A stretch of DNA of 64,000 nt from Candidatus Methanoperedenaceae archaeon GB37 (GCA_905171695.1 LR991653.1:26258-90257); one strand, 5' to 3'; positions 1-9,997 are shown, counted from the first letter of the stretch. Made by a program: numbers and translations. The notes: a model not told the origin generated them from the sequence alone.

Positions 1-351
1 CCTCTCAAGCATCTCTCTTCGCTCTCTATCTTCAAGGTTCAGTTTGGTGATCATCACGTTCGAGGGGTGAATGGGACGCGCAACCTCTGTTCCGTCAGCC
101 TTTACAGATACCACGCCCTCAACCGCAATGGTGTACTTCTTGCGATCAACTGCCAGAACCTTTCCTTCACTCCCTGCATACTTTCCGCGCATCACCTTCA
201 CGGTATCACCGAGTCGCACTGGAAGACTCCTCCTCCCATGCTCCTCCCTGAGATCCCTGGAGAGCATTGAGCTCATCAGTCTGTTTCTCTGGTGAAGTGG
301 TGCTTTGAAACGTGCTTTTCTCTGTTTTCCCGGTTTTTTGCTTGCTATCAT
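1..351 (-). CDS. rpl24: 50S ribosomal protein L24 (uL24); the 3' end runs off the window edge
   Basis: Manual reverse translation from the ATG at 351..349 gives MIASKKPGKQRKARFKAPLHQRNRLMSSMLSRDLREEHGRRSLPVRLGDTVKVMRGKYAGSEGKVLAVDRKKYTIAVEGV..., a KOW-type sequence. It lies directly downstream of L14, as in archaeal ribosomal operons. It is absent from the ORF track because it is open at the window edge. Confidence 0.85.
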   Translation of the reverse strand, partial: MIASKKPGKQRKARFKAPLHQRNRLMSSMLSRDLREEHGRRSLPVRLGDTVKVMRGKYAGSEGKVLAVDRKKYTIAVEGVVSVKADGTEVARPIHPSNVMITKLNLEDRERREMLER

Positions 352-362
352 CAATTCACTCC

Positions 363-761
363 TCAAACAACTATCGTGGCAGTGGATGCAATCTTCCCGA
401 ATCTCTCAGCCACTTCTCTTGCAACAGGCCCTTTGATCTCACTGCCCTTCGGAATACCTGACTCATCGGTGACGACAACAGCATTATCCTCGAAGGATAC
501 CCGTGTCCCGTCTGGTCGTCTGAACTCTTTCTTCTGGCGTATCACAACGGCGTTAATGATCTGTTTTCGCATCTCAGGCGTCCCTTTCTTGACCGATGCC
601 ACTATCATGTCACCGATTCCTGCAGAGGGATGTCTGTTCTTAACACCGCGATAACCCTTCACCGATATGAGCTCAACGACCCGTGCACCTGTATTGTCTG
701 CACAGAGAATTCGTGAAGAAGCGCTCAATGATCGTGGAATCTGCGACTTAAGTCCCTTCAC
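363..761 (-). CDS. rpl14: 50S ribosomal protein L14 (uL14)
   Basis: This is ORF 363..815 trimmed to the GTG at 761 ([12 protein letters not shown]...), which overlaps the S17 stop as GTGA. The sequence ...[19 protein letters not shown]...[10 protein letters not shown]... is typical of uL14. Confidence 0.9.
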   Translation of the reverse strand: MKGLKSQIPRSLSASSRILCADNTGARVVELISVKGYRGVKNRHPSAGIGDMIVASVKKGTPEMRKQIINAVVIRQKKEFRRPDGTRVSFEDNAVVVTDESGIPKGSEIKGPVAREVAERFGKIASTATIVV

Positions 762-1084
762 TCCGCCTCTACCTCCACCACGACAAAGCTCTTTGTCTTG
801 CTTAAGGGACGGCACTCTGCTATGCGAACACGATCTCCCTCACTGGCATCGATGCATGGCGGGTTATGAGCATGAATCCTGCTTCTGCGCTTCTCGAATC
901 GCTCGTATTTCTGAATCTTCCTCTCAAATCTCCGCTCAACCACAACGGTTCTCTCCATCCGTGAGCTGATCACAACACCGTCGAGGAGACTCCCGCGCAC
1001 CGAGAGCCTTCCATGAAACGGGCATTTCACATCATCACACTCCTTCTCGGGCGGCTCAACATCAAGTCCAATATCTCTCGTCAT
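758..1084 (-). CDS. rps17: 30S ribosomal protein S17 (uS17)
   Basis: This is ORF 758..1099 trimmed to the ATG at 1084 ([25 protein letters not shown]...), which overlaps the rnp1 stop as ATGA. The operon position also fits. Confidence 0.9.
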   Translation of the reverse strand: MTRDIGLDVEPPEKECDDVKCPFHGRLSVRGSLLDGVVISSRMERTVVVERRFERKIQKYERFEKRRSRIHAHNPPCIDASEGDRVRIAECRPLSKTKSFVVVEVEAE

Positions 1085-1386
1085 CGTGAAACACCACATC
1101 GATTCAACTTATATCTCTTACCCTTCTTCTTTATTCGGTTCTCTGGTTGTGCAACAAGCAGGCTACCTGCAACCGATACCACCTGATCTTCGATGTTAAA
1201 ATGGAATGTATTGTGCATCTTCTGAATCTGCTTCTCGCCACGACCTGTCTCGATTACGAGTGTGTTCTTCGTCTCACCCACAACGAGTCCAGTGATTCCC
1301 TCCTGAGAGGGGTTCGTGCTCTGTGCCACTCTTACGTTAAGCCCGATCAATTCATGGTATATCAGATTATGGGGCGTTATCTTCAT
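1081..1386 (-). CDS. rnp1: RNase P protein component 1 (Rpp29/Pop4 family)
   Basis: The 101-aa product ([47 protein letters not shown]...) has an Sm-like Rpp29 pattern. It sits between L29 and S17, the conserved archaeal position. Confidence 0.8.
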   Translation of the reverse strand: MKITPHNLIYHELIGLNVRVAQSTNPSQEGITGLVVGETKNTLVIETGRGEKQIQKMHNTFHFNIEDQVVSVAGSLLVAQPENRIKKKGKRYKLNRCGVSR

Positions 1387-1390
1387 CGTA

Positions 1391-1585
1391 TCACCCCGTC
1401 CTCTGTATTGTCTTGATCCTGGCTATGGTTCTTCTGATCTCCCGTATCCTCCCTGGTCTCTCTGGTGCACCGCCTGCCGATGCGAGTGCCCTCTCGGTCA
1501 CAAGTTCACTCTCCAGTTTCAGAAGCTCATCGTTCTGTTCTTCGCGGCTCATGTTTCTGATCTCGTCTGGTCTGAGTCTCGCCAT
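1391..1585 (-). CDS. rpl29: 50S ribosomal protein L29 (uL29)
   Basis: The 64-aa product is [33 protein letters not shown]..., and the operon position fits. Confidence 0.85.
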   Translation of the reverse strand: MARLRPDEIRNMSREEQNDELLKLESELVTERALASAGGAPERPGRIREIRRTIARIKTIQRTG

Positions 1586-1588
1586 TCT

Positions 1589-2464
1589 TCAATCCGCCCC
1601 TTCAACTTCTCTCTTATGAACCCTGTTCACAGGGTGCCAGTAATCATATCCCTTGTGCTTGTGCTCAAGCACATCGCCGCGCATGCGCCTCTGTTCATCT
1701 GGCTCGCCAGCCACCTCACCCGCAGCCTTCTCATCAGGAGCAGCCTTCACTTCTTCCATTTCAGGCTCTTCTGTCTCATCTTCCGTTTCACCACCACCGG
1801 TCTCAGGCGGAGTCTCAGGTGGCGCTTCAAACCCGGCTTCACCCGCGCTTTCAACCTCTGTTTCAACCGTTCTCGGGACTGTGTGGAACTGTCCCGGAAT
1901 CTCTGTATCTGGCGGGATGATCCGAACTCGGCAACCGATCGTCCCGAGTTTCTTAATCGCTATTGCAAAGCCCTCTTCAACCAGTTCCTCGGCAGGCTTT
2001 CCCGCATGGAGAATATTACCTGCAACGAACTTCTGGACACGTGAGCGCGAGCCTGTTAGCTTGCCAGAGGTAACGATCTCGCAACCAAGAGCACCGGCCT
2101 CCATGATTCGCCGGAGCATGTTGTGACCAGCCTGTCTGAAGTAGATTCCACGTTCCAGGGCGTTTGCAAGTCGTGTCGCCATCATCTGTGCATTGAGCTC
2201 TGGAACCTTCACTTCCTGGACATCGATCTGTGGATTGTCCATATTGAAGAGTTCTGCAACGTCCGTTGTCAACTTTCGAATCGTGCGCCCACCTTTTCCT
2301 ATTATTATCCCGGGCTTCTCTACAAAGACGGTTATCTGGGTGCCCATGGGCGTTCTGCTGATGGACATGCCACCATACCCGGCGCGATCCAGTTGTTTTA
2401 TGAAGTATTCTGTGATCTGGACCGTGTTGATGCCTTCTTGAACAAATTTTCTCTCGCTGCCCAT
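1589..2464 (-). CDS. rps3: 30S ribosomal protein S3 (uS3) with an acidic C-terminal tail
   Basis: The 291-aa product has KH-domain sequence ([31 protein letters not shown]) and an E/P/T-rich tail. Confidence 0.95.
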   Translation of the reverse strand: MGSERKFVQEGINTVQITEYFIKQLDRAGYGGMSISRTPMGTQITVFVEKPGIIIGKGGRTIRKLTTDVAELFNMDNPQIDVQEVKVPELNAQMMATRLANALERGIYFRQAGHNMLRRIMEAGALGCEIVTSGKLTGSRSRVQKFVAGNILHAGKPAEELVEEGFAIAIKKLGTIGCRVRIIPPDTEIPGQFHTVPRTVETEVESAGEAGFEAPPETPPETGGGETEDETEEPEMEEVKAAPDEKAAGEVAGEPDEQRRMRGDVLEHKHKGYDYWHPVNRVHKREVEGAD

Positions 2465-2470
2465 CTTGGA

Positions 2471-2932
2471 TCACGACTCCCCGAGTATCAGTTCGATAGT
2501 TACGGTCTCTGTATTCTTGGGTGTTGCACGTCCCATTGCGCGTGGCATGAAACCACGTATAGTGCGACCTTTCTTAACCGCTATATGTATGATCTTCATC
2601 TCCTCAGGATCGAGACCTTTGTAGGTGGCATTCTCCTCTGCACTTGCAAGCAACCTCTGTATCTCCCGTGCAACCTTGACAGGGTATCTCCCAGGTCCCA
2701 TGCCTGGTTTGTGCCCAGCGCCAGCAGTATACTTATTGAACGGCACAGGTCTTCTCATGTTGATAACGTCTTCAAGAAGGGCTTCTGCTGTGGTCGTTTT
2801 CATGCCACGCAGTGCCTTGCAGAGCTCTATTGACTTCTTGGGTGATATGTGTAACTCATATCCCATCGCCCGTGCAGTGGTATCAGGATCTGCTTCAACT
2901 GAGTACTTAACCCTTGCCAAGTTGATCTTCAC
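2471..2932 (-). CDS. rpl22: 50S ribosomal protein L22 (uL22)
   Basis: The 153-aa product (KYSVEADPDTTARAMGYELHISPKKSIELCKALRGM...) fits uL22, and the operon position agrees. Confidence 0.9.
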   Translation of the reverse strand: MKINLARVKYSVEADPDTTARAMGYELHISPKKSIELCKALRGMKTTTAEALLEDVINMRRPVPFNKYTAGAGHKPGMGPGRYPVKVAREIQRLLASAEENATYKGLDPEEMKIIHIAVKKGRTIRGFMPRAMGRATPKNTETVTIELILGES

Positions 2933-2933
2933 C

Positions 2934-3344
2934 TCACTTCAACGGTACGAACTTGCTGGACTTCGTTGCTCCAACACCTGCCGAGCCGTGTTTCACCATT
3001 CTTCGTGTGGATGCAAACTCTCCTAAGTAGTGTCCGAGCATCTCTGGTTGTATTGTTATAGATACAAATTCCCGCCCATTATAGACCGAGATCTTCCGAT
3101 CCACCATCTCAGGGAGTATTATCATATCTCGAAGGTGTGTGCGCACCACTCCATCGCCCTTGAGTTTATCAAGGAGTCTCTTCTTATCATCAGATAAGCC
3201 TCGCTTGAGGCTTCTTCGCGGGCGGGCTTTGACAAGCTCTGCAAACTCGTCGATGCTCATGCTCTTCAACTCTTCCATATTCCTGCCGCGATACGTGAAC
3301 TCGCCTTTTCTCTTTGGTAATCGTGTCGTTCCCTTCTTTGCCAT
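2934..3344 (-). CDS. rps19: 30S ribosomal protein S19 (uS19)
   Basis: This is ORF 2934..3380 trimmed to the ATG at 3344 ([26 protein letters not shown]...). The motif ...[26 protein letters not shown]... is present. Confidence 0.9.
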   Translation of the reverse strand: MAKKGTTRLPKRKGEFTYRGRNMEELKSMSIDEFAELVKARPRRSLKRGLSDDKKRLLDKLKGDGVVRTHLRDMIILPEMVDRKISVYNGREFVSITIQPEMLGHYLGEFASTRRMVKHGSAGVGATKSSKFVPLK

Positions 3345-3348
3345 ACCT

Positions 3349-4065
3349 TCACCGCCTCTTACCTGTCCTTCTTGCTGCAATCGATCCAGCCTTTCGCCCA
3401 GGTGGAGCGTTCCGGCTGACAGTTGTCGGAAGCCCTACGTGTTGTCGTCCACCACCACCGAATGGATGGTCGACGGCGTTCATTGCAACACCCGAGACTC
3501 TTGGCCATTTTCTGGCTCGCGCCTTAAGCTTGTGAAACTTCTTTCCTGCCTTCAGGAGTGGCTTTTCCACTCTACCGCCGCCAGCAACAACTCCAATCGT
3601 TGCACGGCACTTATGATCCAGCCATTTCATCCTGCCGCTCGGCAGCCGAACAACCGTCTTCTCTGCATCGTGAGCCACCAGGACGGCGTATGTTCCTGAT
3701 GCTCGTGCAAAACGTCCGCCGTCCCATGGCCGATTCTCAACGTTGCAGATCGGTATGCCCTCAGGGATCATCGAGATCGGTAGTGTGTTTCCCTGTTTGA
3801 TCTCTGCCGATTCTCCAAAGGCTATCTCATCGCCAACAGAGACGCCTTCAGGCGCGAGTATGAAGTGTTCCTCCCTGTTTGAGAGCTGGACCTTTGCTAT
3901 CGGAGCTGAACGCGCAGTATCATGAACGAGCTCCATTATCTTGCCTTTGATCGTCTCACCCTGCCTCGTTCTGATGTGTTCAAGGTTTGCTTTGAACTTA
4001 TGAGAGGGTGCTTTGTATGTGGGAGATCCTTTCCCCCTGCTCTGTGAAATTATCCTCTTACCCAT
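3349..4065 (-). CDS. rpl2: 50S ribosomal protein L2 (uL2)
   Basis: The 238-aa product contains ...[20 protein letters not shown]..., the hallmark of uL2. Confidence 0.95.
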   Translation of the reverse strand: MGKRIISQSRGKGSPTYKAPSHKFKANLEHIRTRQGETIKGKIMELVHDTARSAPIAKVQLSNREEHFILAPEGVSVGDEIAFGESAEIKQGNTLPISMIPEGIPICNVENRPWDGGRFARASGTYAVLVAHDAEKTVVRLPSGRMKWLDHKCRATIGVVAGGGRVEKPLLKAGKKFHKLKARARKWPRVSGVAMNAVDHPFGGGGRQHVGLPTTVSRNAPPGRKAGSIAARRTGKRR

Positions 4066-4092
4066 ATAACCATCACAACCCTTCTCTCTTCT

Positions 4093-4344
4093 TTAGAATA
4101 TTCCAAGTCTTGACGCAAGCTCCCTTGCAGTGCCTGCCTCTTTAAATGTCACGATCGCTTTCTTCTCACCCTTCGATGTTATCATAGTGTTGATATCTCT
4201 CACATCAACATCGTATAACTCTTCAACCTCACGCCGTATCTCGCGCTTTGTTGCGTTGATCTCGACCATGAAATGGAGCTTGTTATCATCATCTATGTAC
4301 AGCGTTGCCTTCTCTGTGACGAATGGGTATTTGATCGCTTTCAT
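4093..4344 (-). CDS. rpl23: 50S ribosomal protein L23 (uL23)
   Basis: The 83-aa product ([33 protein letters not shown]...) fits uL23. Its start overlaps the end of L4. Confidence 0.9.
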   Translation of the reverse strand: MKAIKYPFVTEKATLYIDDDNKLHFMVEINATKREIRREVEELYDVDVRDINTMITSKGEKKAIVTFKEAGTARELASRLGIF

Positions 4345-5099
4345 CCGTATACCTCCCCAAGGCGAGTTATTGCAGACTCGCTCCAGAGAACCAGTCTGCC
4401 AGGGACAGCGCCCGGTGCAAGTAGCTCTGCATTCAAATGCTGAAGAGTGACAGCATCAACACCTGGCAGGTTTCTACCTGCCCTTATGATGCCCTTGTCC
4501 TCACCAACAACTATCAGGAAACTCTTCGGCCTTTTATATCTCCTACCCCGCATCTTGCCCTTCCCGGCTCTGACCTTCTTCCCATTCTTTGCTCTCATAA
4601 GATCATCAATAACGTTGATCTTCCTTGCGAGATCTAGGAGATCACTCGTCTTGGTGAGCGATTCAAGCTCGTCCACAATTATTATCGGGAGGCTTCCTCT
4701 GAACCTGTGACCACGCCTCTTCACGAGCTCTTCTGAAGATGTCGCAGCAATAGCTGAAGCGATCGCTCTTCGTCGCTCTTTCCTGTTAACCTTCTCACCC
4801 CTCTTTGCCTCAGGCTTCGGAGGATGCGCCCGTCGTCCACCGACAGCCTGCGGAACACGCGCCGCTCTCCTCGCATTGGTGAGTCGTGGAACCCTTGAAA
4901 CTCCCCGACCAACACCCCAGCTCGCAGCAGACGTGTTCATACCAGCATACCTGTGCGGACCATAGGGTTGCTGGCGATTTGCCTGTGCAGCAAGAACCGC
5001 CTTCTTGATAAGATCTGGCCTGTAGGTTTCCATAAAGACCGAAGGCAACCTGACCTCTCTCACCTTCTCACCTGTAAGATCAAAGACAGCTGCTTCCAT
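4341..5099 (-). CDS. rpl4: 50S ribosomal protein L4 (uL4)
   Basis: A 252-aa product in the expected operon position, with ...[29 protein letters not shown].... Confidence 0.9.
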   Translation of the reverse strand: MEAAVFDLTGEKVREVRLPSVFMETYRPDLIKKAVLAAQANRQQPYGPHRYAGMNTSAASWGVGRGVSRVPRLTNARRAARVPQAVGGRRAHPPKPEAKRGEKVNRKERRRAIASAIAATSSEELVKRRGHRFRGSLPIIIVDELESLTKTSDLLDLARKINVIDDLMRAKNGKKVRAGKGKMRGRRYKRPKSFLIVVGEDKGIIRAGRNLPGVDAVTLQHLNAELLAPGAVPGRLVLWSESAITRLGEVYG

Positions 5100-6113
5100 T
5101 TATCCCACCCCCTGTGTAGACTTGAGGCTTATATTCACTATCTGCGGCTCTATCGGCTCACTCTTTGGTCTTATTGCATGTCTCATCCGTATAAGTCTTT
5201 TAACAGGTCCTGGTACACTGCCCTTGATCACGACGTACTCATTCCTAACAACGCCATAATTTATGAAGCCGTTTGAAGGCGTTATATCTTCCTCACGACC
5301 GTCCCCGATCTTAAGTATCATCTTGTTAAAATCGGTTCTCTGGTGGTAACCAGTCTGCCCCAGCTGCGGAACCCTCCAGCTCACATGTGCAGGACTCCAG
5401 GGCCCAAGGTTTCCTACCTGCCTCAAGCTACCTGCCCTGGAATGCTTGCTCTTCATCAAACTTATGCCCCAACGCTTCACAGGACCCTGTGTTCCTTTGC
5501 CGGTTGTAACCGCAACAACATCGATGATATCGCCAGCCTTGAAGAGATCGCCCACTTTCAATGTTCTTCCAAGAATCGATCTTGCAAACTCGAAAGACGC
5601 CATCGGGTCGCCACCACCGATACCGGTCTCCATCAGATCGGGCTTCTTCTTTGGTATACCTGTAACTTTGTGGGAACGTGTGTGAAGGATCGCTCTTAAC
5701 TCGCTTATCACCCCGGACTCGACCAGCTTCTCCAGCTTCTCCAGGTTTTGCTCACTCCCCTTATCTGGAACGCGAAAATTCTTCAAAAGTTCTCTGTCCT
5801 GTTCTCTCGCCCACGCCTCTCCCACCACTCTCTTTCCATGAGTGCTACTGGCGTATCCACGTATTGCCGCAACCCGCATCTCAGGAGTCTCCACCACGGT
5901 TGCCGAGACTGAGACTTCCATGCCCTCGGTCGGGCTGTTCGGCTTGGTATCGATCATCATCACATGAGTCATCCCAGCCTTATAACCAGCAAATCCCAGT
6001 ACTCTAGCCTCATCACTCTCTCTCCAGGCTTTTATCTGCGGTACCTCACTCTTTGCTCGCTTCCTAGGGCTATAAGCCAGTGACCCGCGCCGTGGTCTAT
6101 GGATAGTGGGCAT
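5100..6113 (-). CDS. rpl3: 50S ribosomal protein L3 (uL3)
   Basis: The 337-aa product begins MPTIHRPRRGSLAYSPRKRA... and contains ...GYKAGMTHVMMID.... It is the first gene of the operon. Confidence 0.95.
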   Translation of the reverse strand: MPTIHRPRRGSLAYSPRKRAKSEVPQIKAWRESDEARVLGFAGYKAGMTHVMMIDTKPNSPTEGMEVSVSATVVETPEMRVAAIRGYASSTHGKRVVGEAWAREQDRELLKNFRVPDKGSEQNLEKLEKLVESGVISELRAILHTRSHKVTGIPKKKPDLMETGIGGGDPMASFEFARSILGRTLKVGDLFKAGDIIDVVAVTTGKGTQGPVKRWGISLMKSKHSRAGSLRQVGNLGPWSPAHVSWRVPQLGQTGYHQRTDFNKMILKIGDGREEDITPSNGFINYGVVRNEYVVIKGSVPGPVKRLIRMRHAIRPKSEPIEPQIVNISLKSTQGVG

Positions 6114-6535
6114 CTACTACTTCCTCACAATACAATTTACTTGTTAGATCTGTTACATGAAACAATATGACAACAATGATGTCATATAGATGAATGTATA
6201 ATCTGACTGAACAAGCTTCCTCATCCTTTCGGTCGTCGTAAGTAGAGTTTGACACAGGCGCACACAGGCATATCAGCCCAACGCCACCGTCAGCCAACCA
6301 TACACTACACAAATCCAACCCGAGACCGTTCGTCCGGAAATGGATCGCTTCTAATACATACCCCAAATAGACTCATCGTACTTAAAGATTGTGTGCAGCT
6401 TCTCTTCATGGTTAAGAGTCCCGGGGTTTTCAGTAATATTTATTACGGTTGTGAGTGGTAGGATTATGTAGGGTGAGAGAGCCAGGAAGGTGAAGGTGGT
6501 GGAGTTGGGCTTGGGTCGTGTAGCAGAGGTGTAAC

Positions 6536-8473
6536 ATGAGAAATAATAAAGATAATAAACGTGTAAATACTGAAAATATGTTCAATGGCAAAGAGAACTT
6601 GTTTTTTGGGATTTTGAACGATATGGTTACTTTTGTCTGGGTTTTAAGTCCAGATGGTACGGTGATATTTGCAAACAACACAGCGCTTGAACCTGCTGGG
6701 CTTGCACTTGAGGATGTTAAGGGGAAGAAGCTTCATGATGCTTATTGGTGGGCATACTCTGGTGAAGCAAGAGAGAAGATCAGAGAAGACGTGACAAGAT
6801 GTGCTTCTGGAGAGAGAGTTATACATGAAATTCAGGCACAGATAGCTGAGGGATCACCGATCTGGATAGAGTTCAGCATGCACCCGGTATATGAAAATGG
6901 AAACCTCAGGTATCTTGTGTCAGAGGGTAGGGACATAACCGATAGAAAACAGGCTCTTGCAGACGCCAGGGCGAAGGTTGCATACCTTGACAACATGCCG
7001 ACGTATATGGCAGTAACAGACCTCGAGGGCAATCTCCAGTTCACGAGTGCTGTTACGATCAAAAAGTTCGGTTGGACTCTTGAAGATGTCATCGGAACAC
7101 GGTTTGACCAGATGGCATGGTGGGACTACTCAAGAGACGTTCAAGAGCGGATGAGAGAAGTGGTCTCTGAAGCAGCAGCAAAAGGAAAGTCATTCGAGTT
7201 TGAGGTAGACCTCAGAATAGGCGAAGAACTCGTCCCGATCAAGTACACCTGCGACCCACTGGTGGATGAGAACGGTGAGATCTACGCCCTCCTCCACACA
7301 GGAACACGCATCGACGAGCTACGAGCAGCCATAACCGACGCCCAACAGAAAGTCGCATACCTCGACAACATGCCGACGTATATGGCAGTAACAGACCTCG
7401 AGGGCAATCTCCAGTTCACGAGTGCTGTCACGATCGAGAAGTTCGGGATCAAGCTTGAGGATGTTCTCGGGACAAGGTTTGACCAGATGCCATGGTGGGA
7501 GTACTCAGAAGACGTCCAGCGAAGGATGAAAGAAGTCTATGAGAGGGCAGCAAAAGGAGAAGAGTTTGAGTTCGAGGTCGACGTCAAGATGGGTGAGAAT
7601 CTTTACCCGATCAAGTACACCTGTGAACCGCTGAGGAATGAAAAAGGAGAGATATATGCTATTCTTCACACCGGAACACGAATCGACGAACTACGAGCAG
7701 CCCTGGACGATGCCAGGGCGAAGGTTGCATACCTTAACAACATACCGACTCCAGTCATGGTCGTTGATAGAGAGTTCACAATCCAGTTCGTAAACCCGTC
7801 ATGGTCGGAGATGGTTGGAATAACACCTGAAGACGCAGTGGGCAGGAAATGCTACGATCTTGTTAGGTCGGCGGACTGTCAGACTGAGAGATGCTGTATT
7901 GCAAGAGCGATAATGGATGAGAGCGTCATAACCTGCGAGAGGGTCGTTCACAGTGTGAGAGGCGATATAACGACACGATACACGGGTGCTCCGCTCAAGG
8001 ATGCTGAGGGTAAGATTGTTGGCGGTCTTGAGTATCTCGTCAATATCAGTGACTTAAAGAGATTGATGGAAGAAGAGAAGAAGCTGAGCGAGGCTATACT
8101 CAAACTATCCACGCCGATCATACAGATCTGGGACAAAGTCCTCTTACTACCATTGATCGGGACGATCGATGAAGAAAGAGCAGAGCAGATCGTTGAAAAC
8201 CTGCTCGGAGGGATCGTTGCAACCGGTACAGAGGTGGTGATCATAGATCTGAGCGGTGTTCCGATGGTCGATACGATGGCAACGCATCAACTGCTCAAGA
8301 CAGAGAGTGCTGCACGAATGCTTGGCGCGAGAGTGATCTTCACAGGGCTCAGCCCTGCTATAGCACAGACGATGACCAAGCTCGGAATCGACCTTGCGCG
8401 ACTTGAGACGCGTCAGTCCTTGCGCGTGGGATTGGAGGAAGCGATCGAGATGGTGAGAGAGGTGGAGAGTTAG
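6536..8473 (+). CDS. Multi-PAS sensor with a C-terminal STAS domain (RsbR-like architecture); no kinase or other output domain
   Basis: The 645-aa product has four PAS-like modules; two are a tandem 125-aa duplication. The C-terminus (LSTPIIQIWDKVLLLPLIGTIDEERAEQIVENLL...VVIIDLSGVPMVDTMATHQLLKTESAARMLGARVIFTGLSPAIAQTMTKLGIDL) matches the STAS pattern of RsbR/RsbS-type proteins. Confidence 0.75.
   Translation: MRNNKDNKRVNTENMFNGKENLFFGILNDMVTFVWVLSPDGTVIFANNTALEPAGLALEDVKGKKLHDAYWWAYSGEAREKIREDVTRCASGERVIHEIQAQIAEGSPIWIEFSMHPVYENGNLRYLVSEGRDITDRKQALADARAKVAYLDNMPTYMAVTDLEGNLQFTSAVTIKKFGWTLEDVIGTRFDQMAWWDYSRDVQERMREVVSEAAAKGKSFEFEVDLRIGEELVPIKYTCDPLVDENGEIYALLHTGTRIDELRAAITDAQQKVAYLDNMPTYMAVTDLEGNLQFTSAVTIEKFGIKLEDVLGTRFDQMPWWEYSEDVQRRMKEVYERAAKGEEFEFEVDVKMGENLYPIKYTCEPLRNEKGEIYAILHTGTRIDELRAALDDARAKVAYLNNIPTPVMVVDREFTIQFVNPSWSEMVGITPEDAVGRKCYDLVRSADCQTERCCIARAIMDESVITCERVVHSVRGDITTRYTGAPLKDAEGKIVGGLEYLVNISDLKRLMEEEKKLSEAILKLSTPIIQIWDKVLLLPLIGTIDEERAEQIVENLLGGIVATGTEVVIIDLSGVPMVDTMATHQLLKTESAARMLGARVIFTGLSPAIAQTMTKLGIDLARLETRQSLRVGLEEAIEMVREVES
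6989..7428 (+). repeat. In-frame tandem duplication of a PAS module with a 375-bp period, containing a 65-bp perfectly identical core
   Basis: The 65-bp string gacaacatgccgacgtatatggcagtaacagacctcgagggcaatctccagttcacgagtgctgt occurs at 6989-7053 and again at 7364-7428. The rest of the two units is clearly diverged. A 24-bp string, gccagggcgaaggttgcatacctt, recurs at about 6965 and about 7713. Confidence 0.9.
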
Positions 8474-8495
8474 AAGCGTGCGGATCTCTTACTTC

Positions 8496-9005
8496 TCAGA
8501 TGGATGAAAGTATCGTGTCGGTGCCGACCGTGATGGTAGTTACTATTATTCCTGCAATCAGTATGCCTGTCATGATCGCTGCAAGTGCATGTCTGAATCG
8601 TATCCCAAGAACAAAGGCAGCGGCGCACCCGGTCCACGCTCCCGTGACAGGGAGGGGCACGGCTACAAAGAGCGCGAGCGCGATCGTTCCGTACCTCTCA
8701 AAGCTCTCACTGTGGGTGTGGTGTGCGCGGGTGAAGAGCCACTCGAAGAACCTGTCCCAATATCTATAACGGCGGAGGAAGTTAGAGACAGGTCCCAGAT
8801 AGAGTAGTAGTGGTATCACCGGGAGTGCGTTGCCCGCAACTGCGAGTAGATATGCTTTCAAGGGGTTTATGTGGTATACTCCGATCGCGACCGGTATTGC
8901 ACCCCGCAGCTCAAAGATCGGTAGTGTTGAGATGAAGATCGTTGCAAGCCAGTGCGGAAGACCTGAGAAGAATGAGACGATGATCTCAACGAGCTCGAGA
9001 TTCAT
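8496..9005 (-). CDS. Small polytopic membrane protein, putative small multidrug-export-like family (COG2426 / Sm_multidrug_ex type)
   Basis: The 169-aa product has four or five hydrophobic segments. The motif LPIFELRGAIPVAIG was recalled from that family. Confidence 0.55.
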   Translation of the reverse strand: MNLELVEIIVSFFSGLPHWLATIFISTLPIFELRGAIPVAIGVYHINPLKAYLLAVAGNALPVIPLLLYLGPVSNFLRRYRYWDRFFEWLFTRAHHTHSESFERYGTIALALFVAVPLPVTGAWTGCAAAFVLGIRFRHALAAIMTGILIAGIIVTTITVGTDTILSSI

Positions 9006-9040
9006 GACAATCAGGATCGTGATAAGGGTGAGATCATGGT

Positions 9041-9997
9041 TTATCCCTCTCCGATGATTGCAAAGTATGCAAGGAGTGATTCGAGTTGTATTCGCTCGTT
9101 AGCGCCCTCTGTGAGCCTGAAATCAACCTCTCCAATCTTCTCCATGAGCTGGAGTTTGGACTTTTCTGGAATGTTTACTTCGAAGACTGCACGGTGAAGC
9201 TGTGCCAAGACGTCTTCGCCAGACAATCCTTCTTCCATGAGTAGATCGTCAAGCATCGAGCGTGCAGCCATAAAATCACCTTTTAAAGAGACTTTTATCA
9301 GTTCAACCATCCGCTCTGGGTGAGCTGTTGCTGTTATCTGATAGATCGTATCCACATCTATTCGCGTGCTCATCATAGCTGCTGCCTGAAGCGCATTTAT
9401 CGCCCGGCGCATATCCCCATGAGCCACGTACTTTATTGCATCAACCCCGTCATCTGTCACGGTGAGCCCTTCCTGGGATGCGATGTACCTTATCCGCTCT
9501 TCCACCGCCTCGTCAGATACTGGTTTGAATCGGTATATCGCGCAGCGCGATTGTATCGGCTCGATAATCTTTGAGGAATAGTTGCATGAGAGGATGAAAC
9601 GGCAGCTCTTCGTGTACCGCTCCATCGTACGCCGTAGAGCCGACTGGGCGTCATGAGTCAGAGCATCGGCTTCGTCAAGGAAGATGATCTTGAAATCAGC
9701 CTCGCCAAGCGGTGCTGTGCGTGCAAAATCCTTGATCTTGTGACGCACCACATCAATACCCCGCTCGTCACTCGCGTTGAGCTCGATAAAATTATTATGC
9801 CACTCCTCGCCAAAGAGCTCCCGTGCCACAGATACTGCAGACGCCGTCTTGCCAACACCAGGCGGACCCGAGAACAAGAGGTGTGGCAAGTTGCCGGATC
9901 TCACATATGAACGCAAGCGTCGAATAACCTCATCCTGCCCCACAACATCCTCCAATCTATGGGGCCTATACTTCTCGATCCAGATAACTTCTCGCAA
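9041..9997 (-). CDS. rfcS: Replication factor C small subunit
   Basis: The 318-aa product shows WIEKYRPHRLEDVVGQDEVIRRL, a Walker A motif (GPPGVGKT), DEAD and SRC motifs. No intein is present. Confidence 0.95.
   Translation of the reverse strand: MREVIWIEKYRPHRLEDVVGQDEVIRRLRSYVRSGNLPHLLFSGPPGVGKTASAVSVARELFGEEWHNNFIELNASDERGIDVVRHKIKDFARTAPLGEADFKIIFLDEADALTHDAQSALRRTMERYTKSCRFILSCNYSSKIIEPIQSRCAIYRFKPVSDEAVEERIRYIASQEGLTVTDDGVDAIKYVAHGDMRRAINALQAAAMMSTRIDVDTIYQITATAHPERMVELIKVSLKGDFMAARSMLDDLLMEEGLSGEDVLAQLHRAVFEVNIPEKSKLQLMEKIGEVDFRLTEGANERIQLESLLAYFAIIGEG

Noticed and set aside
1589-1900. The long acidic E/P/T-rich C-terminal extension of ribosomal protein S3, considered as a possible novelty.
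   Set aside because: Acidic C-terminal tails on archaeal uS3 are common in several euryarchaeal lineages as far as I recall, so nothing here is clearly unusual.
1316-2044. A 242-aa plus-strand ORF, and similar long ORFs at 1653..2126, 2123..2833 and 3139..3699, lie opposite the ribosomal protein genes.
   Set aside because: They are antisense to unmistakable ribosomal protein genes. Their translations are low-complexity (S/L/R/P-rich), and I recognised no family. They are shadow ORFs.
6114-6535. A specific TATA/BRE call for the ribosomal operon promoter and for the PAS-STAS gene promoter in the 420-bp divergent intergenic region.
   Set aside because: Several AT-rich hexamers are present, but none stands out at a convincing distance from either start codon. 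Without transcript data the call would be a guess.
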